A stretch of 64,000 nucleotides of DNA from a virus. The stretch lies in IMG/VR virus record IMGVR_UViG_3300032326_002451, positions 32,001 through 96,000 of that record, one strand, 5' to 3'. The notes beneath the pieces are model-generated. The model was not told the origin of the DNA and did no database searches. It saw only the letters and a list, made by a program, of their open reading frames with translations. The translations under genes and the position numbers were made by a program. Positions 41,211-51,000 of this stretch are shown one piece after another; positions within the stretch are counted from its first letter, which is position 1; every line of letters begins with the position of its first letter.

Positions 41211-41453
41211 TTAGTTGAGTTTTACGACTTCTTCAGATTGTATTGCTTGAGCTTGCAATACTTGTGCTTCTCTAATTTGTTTAATATCTTCTTCGGTGAT
41301 ATTACCAAATTGAGATTGAAGTGCAATAAGTCTTTGTCTTTCAGTAATGCGATCAGCTGCTTCTAAGACTTCTTGATGTGCAAGATCACGTATCTTAATT
41401 TTAGCATGCATATCGTCTACTAATTCTTGTTCAGTAATATTTAATAAGTTCAT
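41211..41453 (-). CDS. Small coiled-coil protein ending in one copy of the repeat-like motif (putative assembly chaperone)
   Basis: Helical 80 aa. The C-terminus VLQAQAIQSEEVV matches the I-x-x-x-x-I-x-S-x-E spacing of the repeats in 33272..40984. Confidence 0.6.
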   Translation of the reverse strand: MNLLNITEQELVDDMHAKIKIRDLAHQEVLEAADRITERQRLIALQSQFGNITEEDIKQIREAQVLQAQAIQSEEVVKLN

Positions 41454-41462
41454 GATGATTCC

Positions 41463-42056
41463 TTATATCTTGAAGATCTTGTTTACGGAAGTATCCCAAA
41501 CAATGGTGATATCACCACCGTTACCACTGACTGGCATACCAATAGCTGAATCAAAGAAAGCAATAAGATCCATTGAAGTTTCATAAGAATAGTTGGTAGC
41601 AGCAGCAGCAGTAGGGTTGAGTCCACTTGTGTCTCTGTAAATAACAAAAGCATTGATAGCTGCACCAGATGCAACAGCCAATTGAGTTGTTGAAGCAGCA
41701 CTTGCATTAGCTACACCATTTCCATAGTTTGTAGCAACAATTCCTAATGTATTTGCAGCACCAGCTAACCCACCATAAGAAGCTTGTATAGATCTGTGGC
41801 CTGTAGGAATTTGGCTCAACCAAGTAATCGCATAACCTGCTCCTGCAGGTGCAACTCCAGGGTTTGTTCCATCATCTGTACCAGATACAGGGTTCCAAGC
41901 ATAACCTGAAGCTCCAGTAGCTGACCAAACGCCTTGTGTGCCTACGCCAGCGTTTATAAACATGACCTTATAGGATGAACTATTGTTCCATGATAACGTT
42001 GTCGGTTGCTGTGTCAAGAACTTATTTCTTGCCCATGGATATAAAAAATTGCCCAT
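41463..42056 (-). CDS. Virion structural subunit (widespread phage 'N.LY...FL....W...KV / VIY.DT...LIA..D...G.P...NGGDIT..WD...NKIFK' family)
   Basis: The terminal motifs match a common phage fibre/minor-tail protein family as recalled, not searched. Own promoter-like site and RBS AAGGA. Confidence 0.7.
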   Translation of the reverse strand: MGNFLYPWARNKFLTQQPTTLSWNNSSSYKVMFINAGVGTQGVWSATGASGYAWNPVSGTDDGTNPGVAPAGAGYAITWLSQIPTGHRSIQASYGGLAGAANTLGIVATNYGNGVANASAASTTQLAVASGAAINAFVIYRDTSGLNPTAAAATNYSYETSMDLIAFFDSAIGMPVSGNGGDITIVWDTSVNKIFKI

Positions 42057-42102
42057 TATTTAAATTCCTTTTATAAAACTCTTATGTTTTAGTAGATATA
42101 AT

Positions 42103-42128
42103 TTTCTATTGATGCAATGTTTCTTCCT
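42103..42128 (-). promoter_or_regulatory. Putative phage promoter AGG-N17-TAGAAA embedded in gyrA 3' end
   Basis: AAGGAAG-N14-TAGAAAAT; the TAG is the gyrA stop codon. Confidence 0.5.
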
Positions 42129-44622
42129 TTGCAATTGTGTTTTCTACAACTACAAGTGTTTGCACTCTGTCTCCGTTATCCAAACCTACTATTTTACTTC
42201 CGATAGTAGTCTTTCCTTTGGATCGAAAATCTTCTACTGACATTCTAACCATTTTTCCTTTCTGAGTTAGAACCAGAAATTCCTTGCCTTCGCTTACTAC
42301 AGCTGCGCAAACAATATTTCCATTACGAGTTTTCTTTTCTGAATTGATAGTTCTGCTCCCTTTTGCATATCTGCCGGACAAAGATTTATATTCATTAGCA
42401 TCAGTTTTTTTACCAAAACCGTTTTCGGTGATGACTAAAATCTCAGAACTTTCATTTCTATCAAGCACAAGCATAGAAACAATTGTGTCATTTTCTTGAA
42501 GATTCATGGCACGAACGCCTTGTCCAGCCCTACCAATAGACCTTACAATGTCTTCAGAGTACCTTAGAGCATATCCATTTGCAGTAATAAGAGCAATGTC
42601 TTTTTCACCGTTTGTAGTTGAAACATGAACCAAAGAATCGTCTTCATTTAGTGTTAATGCTTTAAGTCCACGCTTACGCAAACTTGTGTTGTACTCTCTT
42701 ACTTCACTTCTTTTAATCAAACCATTTTTAGTTACCATAATGAAGTAAGCATCTACATCTAATGATTTCATTGTGATAGTTGATGCAACGACTTCTTCAG
42801 GGGCCAAAGCAAGCAAATTGGCAGTGTGGATTCCCTTGTTTGTTCTTGAAGACAGAGGTATTTCATATCCCTTTTTCTTTAAAAGATTGCCTTGATTGGT
42901 AAAGAAGAGGAACAAGTCATGTGTCGATCCAACATAAATATCTGCAGCTTCATCTTCTTCACGACCCTTGACTGCAATAACACCTTTTCCGCCCCGACCT
43001 TGTGATTTGAAAGTATCTAATGGGACACGCTTTATATAGCCATCTTTTGTAAGAGAAACAACAATTTGCTCTTCTGTGATAAGGTCCTCGTAATTGAAAT
43101 CATCCATTGAAGGGACAATCTCGCTACGGCGATCATCACCAAGTTTTTCAGCAATATCAATCTGTTCTTTAGAAATAAGATTTAGCATTTTCTTTTCAGA
43201 AGATAATTGAGTTGTTAGCCATTCGTTTCTTTTAGTAAGCTTAGAAAACTCATCAGCCATTGAGTTGACATCAAGTTTTGTAAGATTGCCTAATGTAATC
43301 TTGAGGACAGCATCAGCTTGTTCTGGTGATTTTACAAATCCTTGTGAGATGAGTTCTTGTTGTGCCACATTCCTATCATCAGCTTCACGGATGAGCTTAA
43401 TAACCGCATCAATTTTAGTGGTAATCCCAATGAGGCCATCAAGGATATGGAGTCTTCGATTATTCTTGTCCAGTTCTGCATTGAATTTTCTCGTCAAAAC
43501 ATCTTTTCTGTGATTTACAAATGTTTCAACCAACTTAATGAGAGGAACATTTTCAACAACCTTCTTACCATCCATTAGTACAGTAGAGTTAACAGAAAAG
43601 TTTGTTCTAAGACATGTATGCTTCAAAACTAAATTTAAAACTACATTAGTATTAGCTGATTTATGAATCCAAATTCTTACATCCATACCTTTTTTGTTTG
43701 TAAGATTTTTAAGGTTAGTGATACCTTCAATTTTTTTAGATTCAACAAGTTCTTTAATTTCTCGGCAAAATCCCTCAGCAGAACCTCCATATGGAAGAGC
43801 TGTTACCTTGATATATTGCTGACCATTTTTTTCTGATTCAATAGTATGGTAGCCCTCGAGTTGAACTGAGCCTCTTCCAGTTGTAAAGTAATTCTTTATA
43901 CCAGTGTTGCCGAGGATTTTACAAGGAAGAGGAAAATCTGGGCCTGGAACAATTTCCATAATTTCTTCAACAGTAATTTCTGGATTTTTGATATATGCGT
44001 CAATTAGCTTGGCAATTTCACGAAGATTGTGAGGTGCCATAGAGGTAGCCCATCCAACAGCAATACCAGAGCATCCATTGACAATCAAGTTTGGAATCAA
44101 TGATGGAAGAACAGTGGGCTCCATCAGTTCATCGTTGTAGTTAGAAATGTAATCTACAACTTGATTTGATAACTCAGAAATCATTTGGTCGCCAAACACA
44201 GAAAACTTTGCTTCTGTGTAGCGCATTGCAGCTGGTTTATCTTCTGGCGCAGGAGATCCAAAGTTTCCTTGAGGCGAAATGAGAGGGTAGCGTAAAGACC
44301 AATCTTGTGCCATTCGAACAAGAGTTGGATAAACTACTGCTTCACCATGTGGATGGTAGTTTCCTGATACATCACCGCAAATCTTCGCACATTTCTTTGT
44401 CTTACCAGAAGATCTTAGGTTAAGATCATTCATAGCGACTAAGGTTCTTCTTTGGGATGGCTTTAGGCCATCCCTTGCGTCAGGTAGCGCACGATCTTCC
44501 ATAACTGCAAAAGCATAATTGGTAAATCTGTCATCAATTAGTTCGATAAACTCTTTTTCGATAACATGATCCTGCATAACTTCGAGCGGATTTACTTCTT
44601 CAACCTTAGATTTCTTAGCCAT
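42106..44622 (-). CDS. gyrA: DNA gyrase subunit A
   Basis: RALPDARDGLKP, YHPHG, AAMRYTE (catalytic Tyr), PGPDFP, GyrA-box QGRGGKG, beta-pinwheel CTD. Confidence 0.95.
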   Translation of the reverse strand: MAKKSKVEEVNPLEVMQDHVIEKEFIELIDDRFTNYAFAVMEDRALPDARDGLKPSQRRTLVAMNDLNLRSSGKTKKCAKICGDVSGNYHPHGEAVVYPTLVRMAQDWSLRYPLISPQGNFGSPAPEDKPAAMRYTEAKFSVFGDQMISELSNQVVDYISNYNDELMEPTVLPSLIPNLIVNGCSGIAVGWATSMAPHNLREIAKLIDAYIKNPEITVEEIMEIVPGPDFPLPCKILGNTGIKNYFTTGRGSVQLEGYHTIESEKNGQQYIKVTALPYGGSAEGFCREIKELVESKKIEGITNLKNLTNKKGMDVRIWIHKSANTNVVLNLVLKHTCLRTNFSVNSTVLMDGKKVVENVPLIKLVETFVNHRKDVLTRKFNAELDKNNRRLHILDGLIGITTKIDAVIKLIREADDRNVAQQELISQGFVKSPEQADAVLKITLGNLTKLDVNSMADEFSKLTKRNEWLTTQLSSEKKMLNLISKEQIDIAEKLGDDRRSEIVPSMDDFNYEDLITEEQIVVSLTKDGYIKRVPLDTFKSQGRGGKGVIAVKGREEDEAADIYVGSTHDLFLFFTNQGNLLKKKGYEIPLSSRTNKGIHTANLLALAPEEVVASTITMKSLDVDAYFIMVTKNGLIKRSEVREYNTSLRKRGLKALTLNEDDSLVHVSTTNGEKDIALITANGYALRYSEDIVRSIGRAGQGVRAMNLQENDTIVSMLVLDRNESSEILVITENGFGKKTDANEYKSLSGRYAKGSRTINSEKKTRNGNIVCAAVVSEGKEFLVLTQKGKMVRMSVEDFRSKGKTTIGSKIVGLDNGDRVQTLVVVENTIAKEETLHQ

Positions 44623-46741
44623 TGTTTTCTACCAATCTCTTTGCAGACTTTTGAATAATATGCTCTTTGCGAGGAGCAACTTCACTACCCATCAAAACAT
44701 TCAAGATTCTTGATGCTTCTTCAACATCATCAACGGTAACTTTGATAATTTGACGCTTACCAATTTCCATTGTTGTTGTGCCAAGTTCATCAGCATCCAT
44801 TTCGCCAAGACCTTTGAATCTTGTAACTTCTATTTTATCACCATACTTCTTTCTGTAGCCTTCAAGTTCAGCATCAGTATGGATATAAAACTTATCATTT
44901 TTTACATTAACTCTGTACAGTGGTGGTTTAGCTATATATAAATGCCCTTCAGTAATTAATGGCCTCATGAACCTATAGAAGAAAGTCATAAGTAGAGTAG
45001 CGATATGAGCACCATCATCATCAGCGTCAGTCATGATAACAATCTTGCCATATCTTAGATCCTTAAGGCTGAAATCATCTCTAATACCAGTGCCTACAGC
45101 TGAAATAATTGCAGCTACTTCCTCATTTTGCATCAGCTTAGCATAATCATTTTTTTCTGGATTGATAATTTTTCCACGAATTGGCATGACAGCTTGATAC
45201 TCAGGATCTCTTCCACCCTTGCATGAACCAGCAGCAGAATCACCTTCAACAATGTAAAGTTCAGTTGATACAGAATCTTCAGAGTTACAATCTGAAAGTT
45301 TACCTGGAAGTGAACCTGACCTTCCTAAAAATCCTTGTCTTTTGATTGACTCAGAAGCTCTTTTTGCTGCTGCTCTTGCCTTTGCTGCTCTCAAAGCTCT
45401 TTCGGCAATATTTTTTACAATGGTTGGATTTTTTTCGAAGAATTCTGTGAGTGCTTCAGAAAACAATCTGTTAACCACGCCCTCAACTTCCTGAGAACCA
45501 AGCTTACCTTTTGTTTGGCCTTCGAATTGAGGCTGAGGTAAACGAACAGAAACAATGGCAACAATACCTTCACGAATGTCTTCTCCAGTCAGATTAACAT
45601 CTTTTTCTTTCAAAACTCCAGAGCTTCGAGCAAACTGATTTACAACTCTTGTGATACATGTTTTGAACCCACTAAGATGAGTTCCACCATCAGAGGTATA
45701 AATATTATTTGCATAGGTATAGATTGTTTCATCGTCTTCGTCACTATACTGGAATGCAACCTGAACATTAACTTTGCCTGATTTGTTATCAAAGAAAAAT
45801 GGTTTGACTGGATAAACATTTGAACGTGATTTTGCTAAAAATGAAACATAATCAGCAATTCCACCTTCAAAATAGAATTCTTCTTTTGTTCCAGTATGCT
45901 CATTTTTGTAACAGATCTTAAGTCCGCCATTAAGATAAGCAGTTTCACGAAGCCTACGAACAAGAACAGCTTCATCAAATTGAATATTTTTGTATGAGTG
46001 ATTGAACCATGAATTGTACGAATCTGAGTAAACAGAATCTGGATAGTTCATCGATTTAAAACATTCAGTGAAAGCATTTAGATCTACAGGACCAGAAATG
46101 AGAGCTTTACGCCATTTTCCAGAGCATTCTGCAAAAGATTCATCAATCTCAAAATCATCGATAAGAACTTCACGGAATGCATCTTCTACTGCAAATTGGC
46201 CAAAAATATTGTGGTCAGGAGTAAAAACAATTTTTGTGCTGGTAGATGAGGATGTTCCTACTTCCTTTACAGAAGAAACTGGAATACCACGTTCAAAAGA
46301 TAATTGATATTTCTTTTTATCACGGCAAACTTCAACATCAAGATTTAGTGAGAGAAAGTTTACACAAGAAGCGCCAACACCGTGAAGGCCTCCAGATGCT
46401 TCGTATCCGGAACCATCATCACCAAATTTACCGCCAGCATGAAGTTCAGTAAGGACAATTTCCAGTGTGCTACGTTTTTTTGGGTCTTCTTGCTTGACGG
46501 CAACAGGAATACCACGTCCATCATCAATGATAGTGATGCTTCTGTTATCTTTAGAAACTACAACATCAATCTTTGAACAATGTCCAGCCATATGCTCATC
46601 GACAGAATTGTCCAAAATTTCCCACACCAGATGATGAAGACCTTTTTTACCTGTATCTCCGATGTACATGGCAGGTCTGGTCCTGACTGCTTCTTGACTC
46701 TCCAAAATTTGAATGGAGTTTTCATTGTATTGACTGGCCAT
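44615..46741 (-). CDS. gyrB: DNA gyrase subunit B (with ~72-aa insertion in ATPase domain)
   Basis: VRTRPAMYIG, EILDNSVDE, DDGRGIP, LHAGGKF, GGLHGVG, VEGDSA, PIRGK, MTDADDDG, RFKGLGEM. Start at ATG 46741 (MASQY) after AGAAGGA. Confidence 0.95.
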   Translation of the reverse strand: MASQYNENSIQILESQEAVRTRPAMYIGDTGKKGLHHLVWEILDNSVDEHMAGHCSKIDVVVSKDNRSITIIDDGRGIPVAVKQEDPKKRSTLEIVLTELHAGGKFGDDGSGYEASGGLHGVGASCVNFLSLNLDVEVCRDKKKYQLSFERGIPVSSVKEVGTSSSTSTKIVFTPDHNIFGQFAVEDAFREVLIDDFEIDESFAECSGKWRKALISGPVDLNAFTECFKSMNYPDSVYSDSYNSWFNHSYKNIQFDEAVLVRRLRETAYLNGGLKICYKNEHTGTKEEFYFEGGIADYVSFLAKSRSNVYPVKPFFFDNKSGKVNVQVAFQYSDEDDETIYTYANNIYTSDGGTHLSGFKTCITRVVNQFARSSGVLKEKDVNLTGEDIREGIVAIVSVRLPQPQFEGQTKGKLGSQEVEGVVNRLFSEALTEFFEKNPTIVKNIAERALRAAKARAAAKRASESIKRQGFLGRSGSLPGKLSDCNSEDSVSTELYIVEGDSAAGSCKGGRDPEYQAVMPIRGKIINPEKNDYAKLMQNEEVAAIISAVGTGIRDDFSLKDLRYGKIVIMTDADDDGAHIATLLMTFFYRFMRPLITEGHLYIAKPPLYRVNVKNDKFYIHTDAELEGYRKKYGDKIEVTRFKGLGEMDADELGTTTMEIGKRQIIKVTVDDVEEASRILNVLMGSEVAPRKEHIIQKSAKRLVENNG

Positions 46742-46759
46742 CTTACTTCCTTCTGGCAT

Positions 46760-46792
46760 AAAAAAATGCTGTGATTTATATACCACAGCATT
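46760..46792 (-). terminator. Hairpin + U-tract overlapping gyrB -10
   Basis: AATGCTGTG-(10 nt)-CACAGCATT followed by TTTTT on the minus strand. Confidence 0.6.
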
Positions 46793-46818
46793 ATACCCAA
46801 ATTTGCCAAAATAAGCAA
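46790..46818 (-). promoter_or_regulatory. Sigma70-type promoter of gyrB-gyrA
   Basis: TTGCTT-17 nt-TATAAT. Confidence 0.7.
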
Positions 46819-46822
46819 CTTT

Positions 46823-47485
46823 TTACATTATGTGATCAGCTAATCGATGAAAGCCTAATTCGTCCAAATAAGCAGAAATTCTAACCATATTTTTGTAATG
46901 GCTGCTTGCCATTGCTCCTCCGCCAGCAGGAGCTTCTTTTGACTTTGCTTTAGAAATCCCAAAAGAAATTGCTTTGACTGCTTGCATTATATTGTCAAGT
47001 GTGACTGGAATTTCTAATGTATCGAGTGTTTTACCAGCTGGCAATCTTTTCCATCTATCGTTTCTTGTAGCTTCAATTTCTTTAGCGTCAACTTCTTTTT
47101 CAGGCAATCTTTCGCCTTTTTTCCATCCATCTATTCCGCCAAGCTTATTACCACCATACATTCTAAAAATAACATTTGCTATTTCTTCTTCAGAGGTCGA
47201 TCCGACATTGGATGAAGATGAAAGTATTTCAGAAAGTTTTTTTTGTAACTCTGCATCTTTGAGTATCATTCCAAGATTTTCAAGTGGATATGGGACACCT
47301 TGAGCAGTAGTATTGTCAGTAGGACCTCCAGCTGCCCCAGCGGGAGCTGGCATTCCAGGCATTGGAGGCATAGCACCCATGCCCATATCCATAGGAGGTG
47401 GCGCAGCAGCACCTGGATCTGGTGGCGGCGCAGCAGCAGCTGCTGCTGGATCGGCTTGAGCGATTCTTAGAATTGAAGTTTTCAT
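46823..47485 (-). CDS. Hypothetical protein, Pro/Ala/Met/Gly-rich N-terminus; putative internal head/scaffold protein
   Basis: MKTSILRIAQ followed by a low-complexity segment. C-terminal VRISAYLDELGFHRLAD motif shared with 56378 and 62610. Confidence 0.6.
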   Translation of the reverse strand: MKTSILRIAQADPAAAAAAPPPDPGAAAPPPMDMGMGAMPPMPGMPAPAGAAGGPTDNTTAQGVPYPLENLGMILKDAELQKKLSEILSSSSNVGSTSEEEIANVIFRMYGGNKLGGIDGWKKGERLPEKEVDAKEIEATRNDRWKRLPAGKTLDTLEIPVTLDNIMQAVKAISFGISKAKSKEAPAGGGAMASSHYKNMVRISAYLDELGFHRLADHIM

Positions 47486-47967
47486 TATCTAATTGGTGCT
47501 GAAATGAAATCTGATCTGTGTTTGCCAGCACCAGGAGTTTTTAATGCTTCCTCAGTTTGCTGAGCATTTTCTAATTTTTGTTCAGAGTCAGGTTCATCTT
47601 TCTCTGGATCAAATTCTAAGTAACTTAGAACATCGGGATTCAATATTTCTTGTAATCCCCATTTTGATTTTGTAGATTGTGCAACTTTTCTTAAAGCTTG
47701 ACCAGAGCTTAAGCCTTTGATATCAATCACATTCTCAGTATAATCATCCCACTCGTCAAGGCTTGCCATTGCTTTAAGGATAGCATCATTCATATGCGCT
47801 TGTACTGTCTTTTCGTCAAGTTTCTTTGCAAGTCTTAAATTTCTATGTGACAACCTAAACATGGAAGCAGCGTGAGCAATAATCTTATTTTGTTCTTCTC
47901 TACTAAATGCATTTTTTGGGTCAATTTCTCTTAGCAATGTATGTAGTTGCTGTTCAATATTTTGCAT
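47485..47967 (-). CDS. Hypothetical protein (putative head protein)
   Basis: 160 aa; LRLAKKLD and LRKVAQ motifs; TAATG coupled. Confidence 0.6.
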   Translation of the reverse strand: MQNIEQQLHTLLREIDPKNAFSREEQNKIIAHAASMFRLSHRNLRLAKKLDEKTVQAHMNDAILKAMASLDEWDDYTENVIDIKGLSSGQALRKVAQSTKSKWGLQEILNPDVLSYLEFDPEKDEPDSEQKLENAQQTEEALKTPGAGKHRSDFISAPIR

Positions 47968-48001
47968 ATGAATACTCTCTTAAAAACCATCGTTAATATT
48001 T

Positions 48002-48027
48002 ATTTATCAACAGAAGAAGGCTTACCT
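48002..48027 (-). promoter_or_regulatory. Putative phage promoter AGG-N17-ATAAAT
   Basis: AAGGTAA-N14-ATAAATAAAT in the intergenic gap. Confidence 0.5.
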
Positions 48028-48033
48028 TTTATT

Positions 48034-51000
48034 TTAGTCTTCTACAGTTTTATATTCTACTTTAAACTTTATATTCCTGACTTTTCCATTTGATGTTATG
48101 TTGCTATTTGATAAGGAATCAGATGTTGGTATTTTTACAGCTATCGCAAATCTATTACTGTTAGCCGTTGAATACTTATCTATTTTTGCTGATCCAAGAT
48201 AGAAAGCATTACTATTGTCAGCTCCTAAAAGTTGCCATGTACTTGGATTAGAATTAAATAATCCATCTTTATCAACAGAAACCCATTCAATTGAATCAGT
48301 GCCTATAATGTATTCTGTAAGTTGAGCATAAGTGATAGTTCTTGGTAGTCCTAACTTGATTCTGTAAACTGTATCTTGGTTTACTGTTCCATTTACAACT
48401 TTTACAGTCAATTGAGGGTTTAATTCAGAGTCTGCATTCAAGTCTTCTGCTCTTGCCCACGCATATTCTGCACCAGTTCCAGTAACAACATAAACTCCGT
48501 TCTGAGATTTATTACTGTCTTGATTTTTGACTAAAATTCTGTGACCTTTTTCAAGAATTACCCCATCAATAGTTGATGGAGGGCTTGAAAGATTTATATT
48601 AACATTGCTCGAAGTTGTTGCACAGTTACAGTCAGCGAGTTTATTGCTTAGATTCACCTTGGCCCAATAAATAGAGCTACTTCCTATTGTTGGAGTTGCT
48701 GTTTCATCATATACAAGAGCGTAATATCCTGTCGAGGCTAAACCAGAAGTAACATTACATTTTTTTCCGATTGATATTTCGCTCGACTCATCTAAGTTTT
48801 CATGTCTCGTAAGATAAAAAGAAATGTTGGAGTCTGCTTTGTAGATACCATTTTGAGTGTTGTTTGTCTGACCAAGTAATAAAATCGTTTGTCCTAACGT
48901 TATTGAAGGATCAGAAAACGAAGATACTAATGAAGTATTTGAACCTATAATTTTTGTACATGAGGTGTAATTATTTATTTTATCTTGCTCAAACCAATCA
49001 ATATCACTTGATCCCAAAGTTGTGCTACTTGGATCAAAATACAGCTCATAGTCTTTATTCGAGTTTAAGTCAGTCACATAACATGAAGTAATTGAAAATC
49101 CTGCAGTATTTGTACTTCCTGACGCTAAAACTCTTGAATAAATAGGGGCAATATTTTGAGTAAATCTTCCAACATATCTTTCATTAGATGCAGCTTGAGA
49201 TAGTAAAAGAACTTTATCATTAGCAGCAAGAGTGACGCCATCAGTCGCATCTGGGTAGGCTGTTGTTAAGGCTAATCCGCTATAAACTGAAGACGAAACT
49301 GCCTTTACGTCAATAGTTTGACCGTAACCTGACTTAATCCAATTGATGGCTGTGTTTCCACTTGTTGATCCAATTGAATAGAAAGCTGATGGTAAAATTA
49401 GTTCATAAGTGGTGTTACCGTAAACTACTCTGCCTAATGATTTTAGGTCAGATGAGCTTGAAAAATCGCCACTTCTTGAAAGCTTATAAACAGGATTGCT
49501 ATAAACTGAATAAATACCATTTTGTTTTTTATTAGTTTGGTCTTTGACGAGTATTATATCATTTATAGCTGGAGCATATGAATTAATAATCCCACCAAAG
49601 TCGCTAAAATCAGTTATTGCTACTCCAGTTGATGTGTTGCATGAAAAGACACTTACACTTTCATATGAGTACCAAGATTTATCACCATTCACACGAGATG
49701 TATTGTTTGGATTGTAGTGTAAGAAGAACTTAGCAGCTCCATATAATACATTCAAAGGAGTTAAAGGGTTAGTGAAGTTCGTATTATATGATAAAGTGAC
49801 AGGCGTGTATCCAAGATTTGCAAATTTATAAATCTTTTGATCTCGTTTACCTGATTTATTATGCTGTATTAGATTATTTTTATCATCATAATAAGATGTC
49901 TGTATTGTAGTAGCCAAGCCTGAATCATTATTGTTAAGCAATAAGATGTTTTGATTAGCTTGTAAATTCAGACTTTGGAACCATTTGTCTATTGTAAATC
50001 CTGATCCAGAAGATATTGCTTTCTCTAAATATACAGTACCAGTGAATAATCCTAAAGTTTCACCAGTCCCAGGCATGTAAATATTTGACTCAAAATACGA
50101 TGCTGTAAATGCTGATCCAACTTTTTTGTAATATCCATCAGAGGATTGTCTTGAAGTGTAAAAATATTCATTTACATTAGAAACTTCAATAATTCTATCA
50201 ATATCTATTTTGTATGATTTTGAATTATCGTATGCTTTGTACCAATGATTTCTGTCAGTGTTATATTTAGCTTCTGTAGTTGTGCCTAATCCAGTTGCGT
50301 TTGATATTTGGAAATAAATATTATCAGGAGTGTATTTGTTTAGTGTTATAGCAGAACCAGAATTGATGAAGTATTTGTTATCAAGTACTTGCTCTACAGT
50401 GTAAAATCTATTGAGAAGAGATTTTGATTGCTCATTATATCTTGGTGTATCAAAATCAGAATACAAATAAACATACAAAGTGTCAGTAGATGATGTAGCA
50501 AATCCAGAGTATGGTGATATATACCCAAATTGCGGATATACATCATAATCAACTTTATTATAAAAATTAGTTTGGTTGCCTTGAGCATCTATGACAAAAA
50601 CATCTAAACTTGGATAATTATATTCATTCCAACAATATGTGTCAGATGTTCCAGCTTTAACAACGTGTATAGCAGGATCAAATATAGTATCTCCTGGAGC
50701 AATTACAAGTCTCTTATAATGATCTATATGGCCATTGGCAACTCTTTGCTTTACACGTCTTAGATAATATGTCCATGTATTTGGGTTTATGTGAACAATT
50801 TGATAGATACCGTTGACTTGATTTGGAAGTCCATTGTTCCAAACATCTTCATTGCTATCTTGATATATAGCTCTGTCGCCAATTTCATAGTAATAAATGA
50901 CTGAAGGATCATCTAATATTGTGTAAAGCTGCCTTCCTCTATTGACAGTTAGCATATCACCGTCAACAGTATCTTTGTTAGTCAAATCACCTGCTATGAA

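Noticed and set aside
45986-46201. GyrB (and helicase) insertions as inteins or introns
   Set aside because: No Cys/Ser start with a His-Asn end before C/S/T, no homing endonuclease motifs, the frame is intact, and the GyrB insert is too short.
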